Counted from the first letter of the stretch, positions 9,549 through 17,986 are shown. The stretch: 64,000 bases of DNA from Desulfomonilia bacterium (GCA_963664325.2 CAXXDQ010000004.1:672001-736000); one strand, 5' to 3'. Notes: generated by a model not told the origin, from the sequence alone. Program-made: numbers and translations.

Positions 9549-10779
9549 TTATGGCTGGAAATTGAAAGGCATACCGGTCCGTGTCTGTGCGGACCGCTCT
9601 CTAATGTCGGATGAATCCACACATCAGATGGAGAAGGCGCTCCGGCAAATGAGCATGGAGTATTATGCACTGGATAAGTGCATGCAGTGCGGCATATGTT
9701 CCAGTTCATGTCCGAACGGTCTTGTGAATGACAACGCACCGTTTTCACCGAGGACATTCATCCAGCGCGTACGCTTGGGATTGCTGAACCTGTCGGAAGA
9801 CGAGCTTTGGAAATGCACCCATTGCGGGAACTGTCAAATGATGTGCCCCTATGAGATACCGTTCCTTGATGTCATGAACAGCCTGCGCAATCTGGTGATT
9901 GAACAGGGCGTGGGGCATGTGCCCGTCTCCATCAGGAGCGCCCTGGCGTCCATTGCTTCCTGCGGGAATCCCTGGAAGACGGATGCTGCTGAAAGAATCG
10001 CCTGGCTTAAGCAGCTGGACATCCCGCGTGGTGCCGGAGACGAGGAAACAACGGTATATCTCTTTCTGGGATGTATGGCCGGGTATGATCAAAGGTCTCG
10101 CAGGACTGCTGAAACTGCCATGCGGCTGCTTGCCAGAGCCGGAATGGCGTTCGAAATTCTTGAGGCCGAGGAGGTCTGCTGCGGGGATTCAGTCCGTCGC
10201 GTCGGCGACGTTGCCACCTTCAACAAGGTGATGCGGACGAACAAGCAGAGCATGGTGTCCAAAGGCGTCCGGACGATCTATACACTCTCTCCACACTGTT
10301 ATGAGAGCATACATGACCTTTACGAATGGGAAGAAAGTCAGAAAATCAGGGTCATTCCCTTCTTGACGATACTGCACCAGTGGATGGCTGATGGAACATT
10401 CTCTCCGATGAAGGAACTTAAGGAAAGGGTCACCTTCCATGACCCATGTTTTTTCAGCAAGCATCTGGGTCTGGTGGATGAACCGCGACATATTCTTGAA
10501 AGTATCCAGGGGCTGGAATATGTTGAAATGGAGCATTACGGGAAGAGAAGTCTGTGCTGCGGCGGCGGCGGAGGTGGAATCTGGCGGGATGCGGCAAAGG
10601 GTGAACGGCTGGCCGAGCTGCGATTGGCGGAGGCCTTGAAGACTGGGGCGGACAGAATTATCACTAGCTGTCCCTATTGCCAGGCCATGCTCGAGGATGC
10701 CAGAAAAGGGGATGAAAGGTTTTCACAGCTGGAAATCATGGACATATGCGAATTGGTCTGGAAAGGAATAACCCTATGA
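9535..10779 (+). CDS. HdrD/GlpC-like Fe-S oxidoreductase (2x[4Fe-4S] + two CCG domains; HdrC-HdrB-type fusion)
   Basis: CMQCGICSSSCP, WKCTHCGNCQMMCP, FLGC, VCCG, FHDPC, LCCGGGGG and SCPYC. ATG 9535 follows GGAG. Confidence 0.88.
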   Translation: MSEIDYGWKLKGIPVRVCADRSLMSDESTHQMEKALRQMSMEYYALDKCMQCGICSSSCPNGLVNDNAPFSPRTFIQRVRLGLLNLSEDELWKCTHCGNCQMMCPYEIPFLDVMNSLRNLVIEQGVGHVPVSIRSALASIASCGNPWKTDAAERIAWLKQLDIPRGAGDEETTVYLFLGCMAGYDQRSRRTAETAMRLLARAGMAFEILEAEEVCCGDSVRRVGDVATFNKVMRTNKQSMVSKGVRTIYTLSPHCYESIHDLYEWEESQKIRVIPFLTILHQWMADGTFSPMKELKERVTFHDPCFFSKHLGLVDEPRHILESIQGLEYVEMEHYGKRSLCCGGGGGGIWRDAAKGERLAELRLAEALKTGADRIITSCPYCQAMLEDARKGDERFSQLEIMDICELVWKGITL

Positions 10780-11021
10780 TGATAATCAGCTCAGGAGATC
10801 GCCTGATAACGGAACGTATTTCCAAGGCATGGACGTGCAGCAGTCCGCCCCGCTGCAAGGACTGTGTTCAGCCCCGCAATATAAAATTATATCTGACCGC
10901 CATGCCGCATGTCTTGATAGAAGAGGACGCTGATGCCGGAATCGGGGCTTGTTTCCAAGCTGGCCGGGATGTGCCCGATAAAAAGATTTTGCTTGGCAAT
11001 ACAGCTCAATTCTTTAAATAA
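10776..11021 (+). pseudogene. possible decayed gene remnant (amidohydrolase-like C-terminus)
   Basis: ATGA overlap with the upstream stop and RBS AAAGGA. Tail DKKILLGNTAQFFK resembles the amidohydrolase K.KIL..NA..LF ending. Confidence 0.25.
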
Positions 11022-11039
11022 CATTTAAGGGGAGAAAAA

Positions 11040-11165
11040 ATGAAAGCTATCCATCACATTGGAAATTGCAGTTTGTGCTCAGGACAGGGCCGGCAACTGT
11101 TTGTGGAAGGGGGTATGGAGCAATGGCTGAGGCATTCAAGCGAGCAAGGGTGCTGTCATGAGTAA
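11040..11165 (+). CDS. 41-aa Cys/His-rich small ORF (not in ORF track)
   Basis: RBS AAGGGGAG; MKAIHHIGNCSLCSGQGRQLFVEGGMEQWLRHSSEQGCCHE*. Its end overlaps the ATG of the next gene. Confidence 0.4.
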   Translation: MKAIHHIGNCSLCSGQGRQLFVEGGMEQWLRHSSEQGCCHE

Positions 11166-12765
11166 CGCAGCCAATCCGGCCAGCCTCGATCTGTCGACTG
11201 AGGAATTGCTCACATTTGGGGGAGACAGCAGGAGTCTGATAGGTAGCAATGGCCTTACGCAATATGGTACCTGTTCTTTTCCCAGCCAAGCCGTTCCGTT
11301 CGGCTCCTGCACGGCTTCTTCGCCAATCCAGCGCGTTTACGATGCCGCTGTGTCCATGCACGTATTGCTTCGCAACGCTCATGCCAGGGGAGAATTGAAG
11401 CAGCAGATCCGCCGGAGCTATCAGCAGATCGATGCGGCTATTCACCATTATCTGAATATCGCGAAACAAGACGTCTGCGTAGCATTAACGCCTTCGGGTA
11501 CCGATGCCGAATTCATAGCCCTGGTGCTGGCACTCGGCGACAGGAGCCGTCCGCTCTGCAACATAGTGGTAGGTCCCCAAGAGATCGGGAGTGGAAGTTC
11601 TACCGCGGCGGCGGGGTTATATTTCGATTCTGTTGTGCCGCATGGTCCCTCCCAGACAAAAGACACTCCGGTCGCATCAGAGATTGCCGGCCTTGTACAT
11701 GTGGAGACGATCTCGCTTCGCGATGCTGACGGTCGTGTCCGCGAACCAGATAATCTCGACGCCGCGACTGAAGAGTTGGTGCATCAGGCGATAGCGAAAA
11801 ACGAACGCGTGCTCATCCACCTTGTGGCCCATAGTAAAACCGGGGTCCACGCGCCCAGCATATCGATGGTACGTACGCTTCAGCGTAAATACCCCGGTGA
11901 TATAATGGTCCTGGTTGATGCCGCCCAAGGGCGCTTCAGCCGCCAGGGATTGCTCTCCGTGTTGTCTGACGGTTTTCTGGTCCTGATCACCGGCTCCAAG
12001 TTCTATGGAGGGCCTCCGTTTTCCGGCGCTTTGATGGTCCCGGGGTGCTATGATCGCATTGTAAGGACGCTGCCGCCCCTTCCTGTCGAGTTTGGGAACT
12101 ACTTCAGCCGGTGGGACTTCCCAAAAGAATGGTCAAACATAACCTCTGAACTTCCTCACGACTATAATCTAGGACTGCTGGTCCGATGGGCTGCTGCCAT
12201 AGAGGCATTTCGTGCTTATTACTCGGTTCCAGGGCTTACCCGATTCGCCATCTTGCGGCGTTTTGAGGGTGTCGTACCGCGGGAATATGCGAAGTTCCCC
12301 TGGTTCGAACTTGACCGGGTCGTTCCCGTGCAATTTCCGGCCGGCGAGGAAAGGCTGCTGGAGTCGAAGACAACCGTGTTCCCTTTCCGCATGCGTATGC
12401 CCACATCCACCGGAGAGCCGAAATATCTGTTAAACGCTGAGCTGAAACGTGTATTTGAGTGGCTCAATGAAGACATCTCGCGCTTTGCAGCTAATGATTC
12501 CATTGCCACCAGAAGATCACTCGCTTTGAAGTTCCATCTTGGACAACCGGTTTTTAAAGGAGACGCGAAACATCCGGCCGTGCTGCGGATCGCCCTGGGC
12601 GCTGCCCTGGTGACGGAAGTGGGGATGAACCGGTCCTACGGCGCTGCACTGGACGATCGTCTCAATTGGCTCGATGATCAGGTCCGAATGGTGCTTGCCA
12701 AGCTGGACTGGATTCACAAACATCATGACATGCTTGCAGCCGGCAGTAAGGACCCTTCCCGGTGA
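11158..12765 (+). CDS. uncharacterised fold-type I PLP-dependent enzyme (class V aminotransferase/desulfurase-like)
   Basis: TPSGTDAE, SKTG, LVDAAQGR and ITGSKFYGGPPFSGAL (Schiff-base Lys). Confidence 0.72.
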   Translation: MSNAANPASLDLSTEELLTFGGDSRSLIGSNGLTQYGTCSFPSQAVPFGSCTASSPIQRVYDAAVSMHVLLRNAHARGELKQQIRRSYQQIDAAIHHYLNIAKQDVCVALTPSGTDAEFIALVLALGDRSRPLCNIVVGPQEIGSGSSTAAAGLYFDSVVPHGPSQTKDTPVASEIAGLVHVETISLRDADGRVREPDNLDAATEELVHQAIAKNERVLIHLVAHSKTGVHAPSISMVRTLQRKYPGDIMVLVDAAQGRFSRQGLLSVLSDGFLVLITGSKFYGGPPFSGALMVPGCYDRIVRTLPPLPVEFGNYFSRWDFPKEWSNITSELPHDYNLGLLVRWAAAIEAFRAYYSVPGLTRFAILRRFEGVVPREYAKFPWFELDRVVPVQFPAGEERLLESKTTVFPFRMRMPTSTGEPKYLLNAELKRVFEWLNEDISRFAANDSIATRRSLALKFHLGQPVFKGDAKHPAVLRIALGAALVTEVGMNRSYGAALDDRLNWLDDQVRMVLAKLDWIHKHHDMLAAGSKDPSR

Positions 12766-14072
12766 GCACATCAGAGTCTATGCCGAGCGAGAGAATCCCT
12801 GTCGACGTTGCAGCTGAGGTATTTCGCAGGGCCCGCGCGTCCGGGATGCTTTCATTGCTAGACACAGCCGTCATTTTTCACGATCTCGGCCGGCTCTCAG
12901 ACCGAATTGCATTGCTCCGGCAACTTTTTCCCGAATCCGCCCTCCATACACTGGCAGTCAAAGCCAATCCCCTTGTCGCGGTGTTGAGGCATGCAGTCAA
13001 ATCCGGAGCCGGTCTTGAAGCGGCATCAATGGAGGAGGTCCACCTCGCAATGGCAGCCGGCTGTCCCCCAGAGATGATCCTCTTCGATTCTCCTGCCAAG
13101 ACCACCGGCGAACTGGCCTTTGCTCTTAAAAAAGGTATTCGCATCAATGCGGACAGCCTTGAAGAGCTTGAACGGATCAAAGCCCTTCATGCCGCCGGGA
13201 ATTCAAACGGAACTGTCGGGCTGCGCGTCAACCCGACGGTAGGCAGCGGTTCCATCGCCGCAACCAGCGTAGCAACACGAGGCTCTCGCTTTGGAGTTTC
13301 GCTCGATGATGGTGGCGAAGCGGCCGTGGTTGAGGCTTTCAAGTCCTGCCCGTGGCTATGCGGTCTGCATGTCCATGTGGGTTCCCAAGGCTGTGAACTG
13401 CCTCTTCTCACAGCAGCGGCAAAACGTGTATGGCAACTCCGGCAAACCATACATAATGAACTTCGACGTACCCAGGTCGGCATCGTCGATATCGGCGGGG
13501 GTGTTCCGGCTATTTATTCCGATTCGGATCATCATTTTTCGTTTCATGATTACGCTGAAGCACTTCGGATTGAAGCTCCAGGACTCTTTGCTCCTGATGT
13601 GAGGCTCATTACCGAGTTTGGCCGGGCCATCCAGGCGAACTGCGGTTTCACCGTTGCCCGGGTCGAGTATGTCAAGCGTGCTCACAGCACAAATGTTGCC
13701 GTCATCCATCTCGGTGCGGATTTCCTGTTGAGGCCTGTTTATCAGCCGGAGTTCTGGCACCACGATTTCGCACTCCTTGATTCTCAGGGAGAAGTGAAAT
13801 CCGGGGCAGTCGAACCCTGGTCGCTTGCAGGTCCTCTTTGTTTTTCAGGAGACTACTGCGCCAGGGGTGTGATGCTCCCGCCTCCAAGCCCTGGTGACCA
13901 TATACTCATCCGGGACACCGGAGCCTACACCCTGGGGTTATGGTCGCGTCACTGCAGTCGCGCCATTCCTCTGGCGCTGGGATATGACGACTCTGGCAAA
14001 CGGCAGGATGGCTTTGTTACCCTGCGTCATCGAGAGACCTTCAACGACATCGTATCATTCTGGAGTCCATAA
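12762..14072 (+). CDS. fold-type III PLP decarboxylase (diaminopimelate/ornithine decarboxylase-like)
   Basis: AVKANP, GLEAAS, HVHVGSQG, DIGGG, EFGR, GPLCFSGD and DTGAY. GTGA overlap with the upstream gene. Confidence 0.88.
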   Translation: MSTSESMPSERIPVDVAAEVFRRARASGMLSLLDTAVIFHDLGRLSDRIALLRQLFPESALHTLAVKANPLVAVLRHAVKSGAGLEAASMEEVHLAMAAGCPPEMILFDSPAKTTGELAFALKKGIRINADSLEELERIKALHAAGNSNGTVGLRVNPTVGSGSIAATSVATRGSRFGVSLDDGGEAAVVEAFKSCPWLCGLHVHVGSQGCELPLLTAAAKRVWQLRQTIHNELRRTQVGIVDIGGGVPAIYSDSDHHFSFHDYAEALRIEAPGLFAPDVRLITEFGRAIQANCGFTVARVEYVKRAHSTNVAVIHLGADFLLRPVYQPEFWHHDFALLDSQGEVKSGAVEPWSLAGPLCFSGDYCARGVMLPPPSPGDHILIRDTGAYTLGLWSRHCSRAIPLALGYDDSGKRQDGFVTLRHRETFNDIVSFWSP

Positions 14073-14188
14073 GGCATGAAAACAACAAGAGGTCAGGAAT
14101 CTTCAGATTAAAGAGGTCATGTTCATAGGCATATTTTACAATCCTATTAGGCCAGCTAAAAGTTATTTAGGAATCAACGTCGCCTTTT

Positions 14189-14335
14189 GGCCGTGAAATT
14201 TTCCGCCGTATTCTCTCTAGCCTTATGGGGAACGGCATGGCCAAAGGCCATTCACCGGCCGACTTCAATCTTGCCGGCCGCATCATAAAGGACATTTGCT
14301 ACAACAACGCCAGAAAATATCTAAGACTTGAATGA
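14189..14335 (+). pseudogene. uxaC: uxaC 3' fragment (48 codons)
   Basis: Translates GREIFRRILSSLMGNGMAKGHSPADFNLAGRIIKDICYNNARKYLRLE*, versus intact RHEYFRRVLCNLFGNDMAKGLLPADFNLAGRIIKDICYNNARKYLRLE*. Confidence 0.92.
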
Positions 14336-14500
14336 CGCATATAAACCATTGCATGGGACAGGCCATTTTAATTATGATTGAAAGTATATCCTGTGCCATA
14401 GTGATCCTCTTTCGGTCGATATGTATATTTTGTGTATATCGTCATCAGATCATAATCTTTCCGGTTACATTGAAGTTGTCATCTGTCACAGCTGTATGCA
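14189..14500 (+). repeat. right copy of direct repeat; attR-like junction
   Basis: Matches 5461-5775, with an 89-bp identical core and diverged flanks. Confidence 0.92.
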
Positions 14501-14761
14501 GTTTAAGTTGATGCTCCAAATCCTGTATTTACAGATTGCAAGTCTGAAATAATTAGGTCTTCTTAAAATCAACATCTGTCGCGATTGATATGTAATTGCC
14601 TCCTGCTGCAAGGCATCTTTATATGTAAAAGCAAACTTTCATTGCAGTGCAATAGAATGATGATTAATAATTATATATCTTAGAAACAATTAATTCTGTT
14701 TTAATGACCCTCTAATAACACAGGGATTAAAGGTAAACAAAAAAACAGGAGGATTTAATCA

Positions 14762-15058
14762 ATGAAAAAGGCAATAGTTGGTTTTTTGGTACTTGTAGCA
14801 TTCACATTCATGGTAACCGCGGCATTTGCAGCAGATGCGGCAGCACCAGCGGCACCGGCAGACAAGGCGGCACCGGCAGTAACAGCAGACAAGGCGGCAC
14901 CGGCGGCTGACAAGGCGGCACCGGCAGACAAGAAGGCGGAAAAGAAGGCAAAGAAAGCAAAGAAGTCAAAGAAGGCAAAGAAGACGGAAAAGAAGGCAGA
15001 CGCAGCGGCACCGGCAGCGCCGGCTGAAGCAGCGGCACCGGCAGCACCGGCAAAGTAA
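14762..15058 (+). CDS. small secreted Ala/Lys/Pro-rich low-complexity protein
   Basis: RBS AGGAGG; signal peptide ending AFA; ADKAAP repeats and a poly-Lys core. Confidence 0.85.
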   Translation: MKKAIVGFLVLVAFTFMVTAAFAADAAAPAAPADKAAPAVTADKAAPAADKAAPADKKAEKKAKKAKKSKKAKKTEKKADAAAPAAPAEAAAPAAPAK

Positions 15059-15087
15059 GATAGGTAAACGGAATAAATGGTCCGTGA

Positions 15088-15453
15088 ATGAAAAAGCTAA
15101 TAATACTGCTGATCATTCTCGGGCTGACTTTAATGAATTGCTTTGCAGAAAAGGCGGCAGTCCCGAAAAAGGATGCCGCTTTTTCAAATAAGGAAGCTAA
15201 GGAATTTGTAGCAACCGGATATGTAGAGACAGTCATTTCTGCCGATCCTGAACAAGGCCAGAAATCAAAAATAATCATTGTAACGGATGATGGCAAAAGG
15301 ATAATCTTTTTTGTCAGAAAGACCACAACAATCTATGACAGTGATATGAAAGACAAAAGCCTTTCAAAAATACTTATCAAAACAAGGGTGAAAGTAGGAT
15401 ACAGATCAGATAAAGACGGGTTCTATGAAGCCCTTTCTATTACTGAGATATAA
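15088..15453 (+). CDS. secreted hypothetical protein (small beta/OB-like domain)
   Basis: Signal peptide and a beta-strand-rich body (GYVETV...KIIIVTDDGK...TTTIYD...VKVGY). Confidence 0.75.
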   Translation: MKKLIILLIILGLTLMNCFAEKAAVPKKDAAFSNKEAKEFVATGYVETVISADPEQGQKSKIIIVTDDGKRIIFFVRKTTTIYDSDMKDKSLSKILIKTRVKVGYRSDKDGFYEALSITEI

Positions 15454-15556
15454 AAAATGCGCAAAACAAACATATGTAGGATCAGGTGCACTATAGTAAA
15501 AAATTCCCGGAATAGATATTATGATATTTAAGGAATAAATTAATAAGGAGAATATT

Positions 15557-16558
15557 ATGAAGAAATTGGTCGTTGTTTTATTTATCATGGCGCTAGCTGC
15601 AGCAGGTTGTTCAAAGAACAAGGAAGAAACAGCTAAACCCGGAGAAAAGCAGATAAAATTTTCGCCTAACGTTATCGCAAAGGTCGGATCAACAGAAATC
15701 AAGGAATCTGATATTGATGCGATTTTGTCACAGATTCCCGAGCCGTACCGTGCGCGTTATGCGACGCCTGAGGCGAAGAGGGAGATCATCGAGAAGATGG
15801 CTGAAGTCAAAATGATGGCAATGGAAGCGAAGAAGAAAGGCATAGACAAGAAGCCTGCCACGAAACTGAAGCTGGAGTATATCGGAGACCAGATACTGGC
15901 GCGGGACCTTGAGGAATCGGCGGTGGAGAATATAAAGATCAGCGATGCCGACATAACCAAGTATTATAACGACAACAAGGATAAATTTGCACAGGGGCCG
16001 AGGGTTAAGGTAAGGCATATCCTTGTCAATACGGAACCTGAGGCAAAGGCCATCCTTGCCCAGTTAAAAGGTGGCGCCGACTTCTCCAAACTTGCAAAGG
16101 AAAAGTCAAAATGTCCTTCGGCACCTAGAGGCGGAGACCTTGGATGGGTGACACAAGGCAGAATGGACCCGGCGTTCGAAAAGGCCGCATTTGCTCTCAA
16201 GAAGGGACAGATGAGCGGGATCGTGAAATCCTCTTTCGGTTATCATATTATAATCTGCGACGATATCGAGGCCAAGAAAGAAAAGGACCTTAAAGATATC
16301 AAGCCTCAGATTGAGAAACAGCTGCAGAGGGAAAAGAGAGAGGAAGTTACAAACAAGCTCAAAGAGCAGGTTAAGAAAGATTTCCCGATTGCAATAAACG
16401 AGGAATATTTCAAGAAGGCGAAGGAAGAAGCCGCCAAAAAGGCGCCGGCTGCTCCTGGTGAACCCGGTGAAGGAATGCCTGGCGCGCCGGCTCCGGCACC
16501 AAAGGCCGGACAGCAGGCTCCGGGCGCAGCAGCTCCGCAGGCAAAACCGGCAAAATAA
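15557..16558 (+). CDS. parvulin-type peptidyl-prolyl isomerase lipoprotein (PrsA/PpiC-like)
   Basis: Lipobox AAGC; VRHILV, FSKLAKEKS, GGDLG, FEKAAF and FGYHII. Confidence 0.93.
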   Translation: MKKLVVVLFIMALAAAGCSKNKEETAKPGEKQIKFSPNVIAKVGSTEIKESDIDAILSQIPEPYRARYATPEAKREIIEKMAEVKMMAMEAKKKGIDKKPATKLKLEYIGDQILARDLEESAVENIKISDADITKYYNDNKDKFAQGPRVKVRHILVNTEPEAKAILAQLKGGADFSKLAKEKSKCPSAPRGGDLGWVTQGRMDPAFEKAAFALKKGQMSGIVKSSFGYHIIICDDIEAKKEKDLKDIKPQIEKQLQREKREEVTNKLKEQVKKDFPIAINEEYFKKAKEEAAKKAPAAPGEPGEGMPGAPAPAPKAGQQAPGAAAPQAKPAK

Positions 16559-16568
16559 GGTAATCAGA

Positions 16569-16598
16569 ATGAGGGATGCTGAATCTGGCATCCCTCAT
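16569..16598. terminator. stem-loop after PPIase gene
   Basis: ATGAGGGATGC / GCATCCCTCAT inverted repeat with no clear U-tract. Confidence 0.5.
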
Positions 16599-16658
16599 GA
16601 AAGTGAGCAGTTCTAAATGGATGATGAGAATTATATTATGTATTTCGGAGACTTTTGA

Positions 16659-17360
16659 ATGCTGAATCCGAAAAAAATCATTACAGGTTTAACTGTTATT
16701 TTGTTTCTGATCATCTCTGCCAATGCGAGTGCGGCTCCTAAAGCTTTGGTTAACGAACTTGAGTATAACGTTGGAGAAATCCCGCAAGGGAAACCGATTA
16801 TTCATGACTTTATTATCAAAAATACTGGCGACAAGCCTCTGGAAATAAAAGTCGGACATTGTTGAGGGGTTAAAATCAGTGCCCCGGCGGGGCCGATCAA
16901 ACCAGGAAAATCAGGAAAAATTAGAGTGGAGATAAATTCATCCTATCAAAAGGATTCATATAAGAAAGATATAGAGGTCACCACAAATGATCCTGATAAA
17001 AGCACTTTTAAACTAACAGTTCTTGCCATGATCAGGGAGAGCCTTTCGATTATTCCGCAATATGTAAATTTCGGTTCCGTGCCTGCAAATGCAAAGCTTG
17101 ACATGCCCGTTAAAATTACAAACAAAGGCAAGGATAACGTAACTGTAAGTCTGGTTAATGTTAATCCTGCAGCCAACTTCAGCATTTCACCAAAATTTAA
17201 AAACATGCTCATCAAGCCTGGCAAAACAAAAGATTTATTATTAAGACTGGATTCAGGTATGAAATCCGGTGTGATTGAAGGGTCAGTTTTAATCAGAACC
17301 AGCCTTCCTTATATTCCCCAAAAGATCATACCAGTAAGCGCAGCGGTAATTCCCCGCTGA
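16659..17360 (+). CDS. DUF1573-domain exported protein with in-frame TGA (16863-16865), probable selenoprotein
   Basis: The 68-aa and 144-aa ORFs share a frame, and only one TGA separates them. Read-through gives ...NTGDKPLEIKVGHC-U-GVKISAPAGPIKPGKSGKIRVEINS...IEVTTNDP, a continuous DUF1573 pattern of 233 aa. Confidence 0.8.
16866..16903 (+). promoter_or_regulatory. bacterial SECIS-like hairpin
   Basis: GGTT..ATC..GCCCC-GGC-GGGGC.GAT..AACC immediately 3' of the TGA. The G-initiated apical loop begins 21 nt after the UGA. Confidence 0.65.
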
Positions 17361-17455
17361 TCATTATGTAAAAAAAGACCTCCAGTCAGAAAATAGAGTA
17401 TTTGGCAAAACATATTATCACTGCTAAGGATCTTGTAAGGAGGAGTTTTTAATTT

Positions 17456-17986
17456 ATGAAAAGGAAAATTCACTTCTTCATGCTTTCACTGACACTTGTT
17501 GTCGTTACTGCCGCATGTTCGGGCAAACCACCAAAGGAAGAATTTGATAAGTTTGCCCTTGATGAATTTCATAAGAATATCTGTGAAAAAAATTACTGCC
17601 AGTCGGACAATGACAGGCTTTGCTCTTACGTTCATTATAACAATGCCAATCCTTGCCAGGTATTTGCAACCTTGTTCTATTTTCTCGGAACTGAGATTGT
17701 TAAAAATGAAAACAGGGAAGAAGCGGGGAAATATCCTTTTGCGGGAAATTCATATTATTTACTTGTAACAGTGCACACCACGGAATGCAGTGACTTCAAC
17801 AGGGAATCCTGTAAAAAGGCCTTTGAAGATAAAGTGAGCAAACTGAAGATCGAAAATCTTAAAAATACCGATTCCATAAATATTGAAGGGCCTGGTATGC
17901 CGCCAATGTCAGATAACAAGATTTACAGTGAACAGTTCAAATGGGATAAAGTGACCAAAAGATGGCAAGTAAAGATAAATGAATAA
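17456..17986 (+). CDS. hypothetical Cys-rich lipoprotein
   Basis: RBS AAGGAGGAG, lipobox TAAC, several Cys, AT-rich DNA. Confidence 0.75.
   Translation: MKRKIHFFMLSLTLVVVTAACSGKPPKEEFDKFALDEFHKNICEKNYCQSDNDRLCSYVHYNNANPCQVFATLFYFLGTEIVKNENREEAGKYPFAGNSYYLLVTVHTTECSDFNRESCKKAFEDKVSKLKIENLKNTDSINIEGPGMPPMSDNKIYSEQFKWDKVTKRWQVKINE

Larger units (their letters stand above)
5608..14335. mobile_element. putative genomic island inserted in the uxaC 3' end (no integrase in window)
   Basis: Bounded by a duplicated uxaC 3' end. Cargo is unrelated to the flanks and includes gene remnants. Confidence 0.65.

Noticed and set aside
6398-10779. Selenocysteine in the Hdr subunits
   Set aside because: The ORFs are continuous with Cys at the conserved sites. 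Terminal TGAs are followed directly by the next gene.
12762-14072. Calling the decarboxylase lysA
   Set aside because: The motifs show only the fold-III family; the island context argues against assuming a housekeeping LysA.
14858-14940. GCAGACAAGGCGGCACCG repeats as a possible CRISPR or VNTR
   Set aside because: In-frame codon repeats (ADKAAP) with no spacers and no cas genes.
16569-16620. GCTGAATC as a possible c-di-AMP (ydaO) riboswitch start
   Set aside because: The remaining conserved riboswitch segments are absent; it is a simple hairpin.
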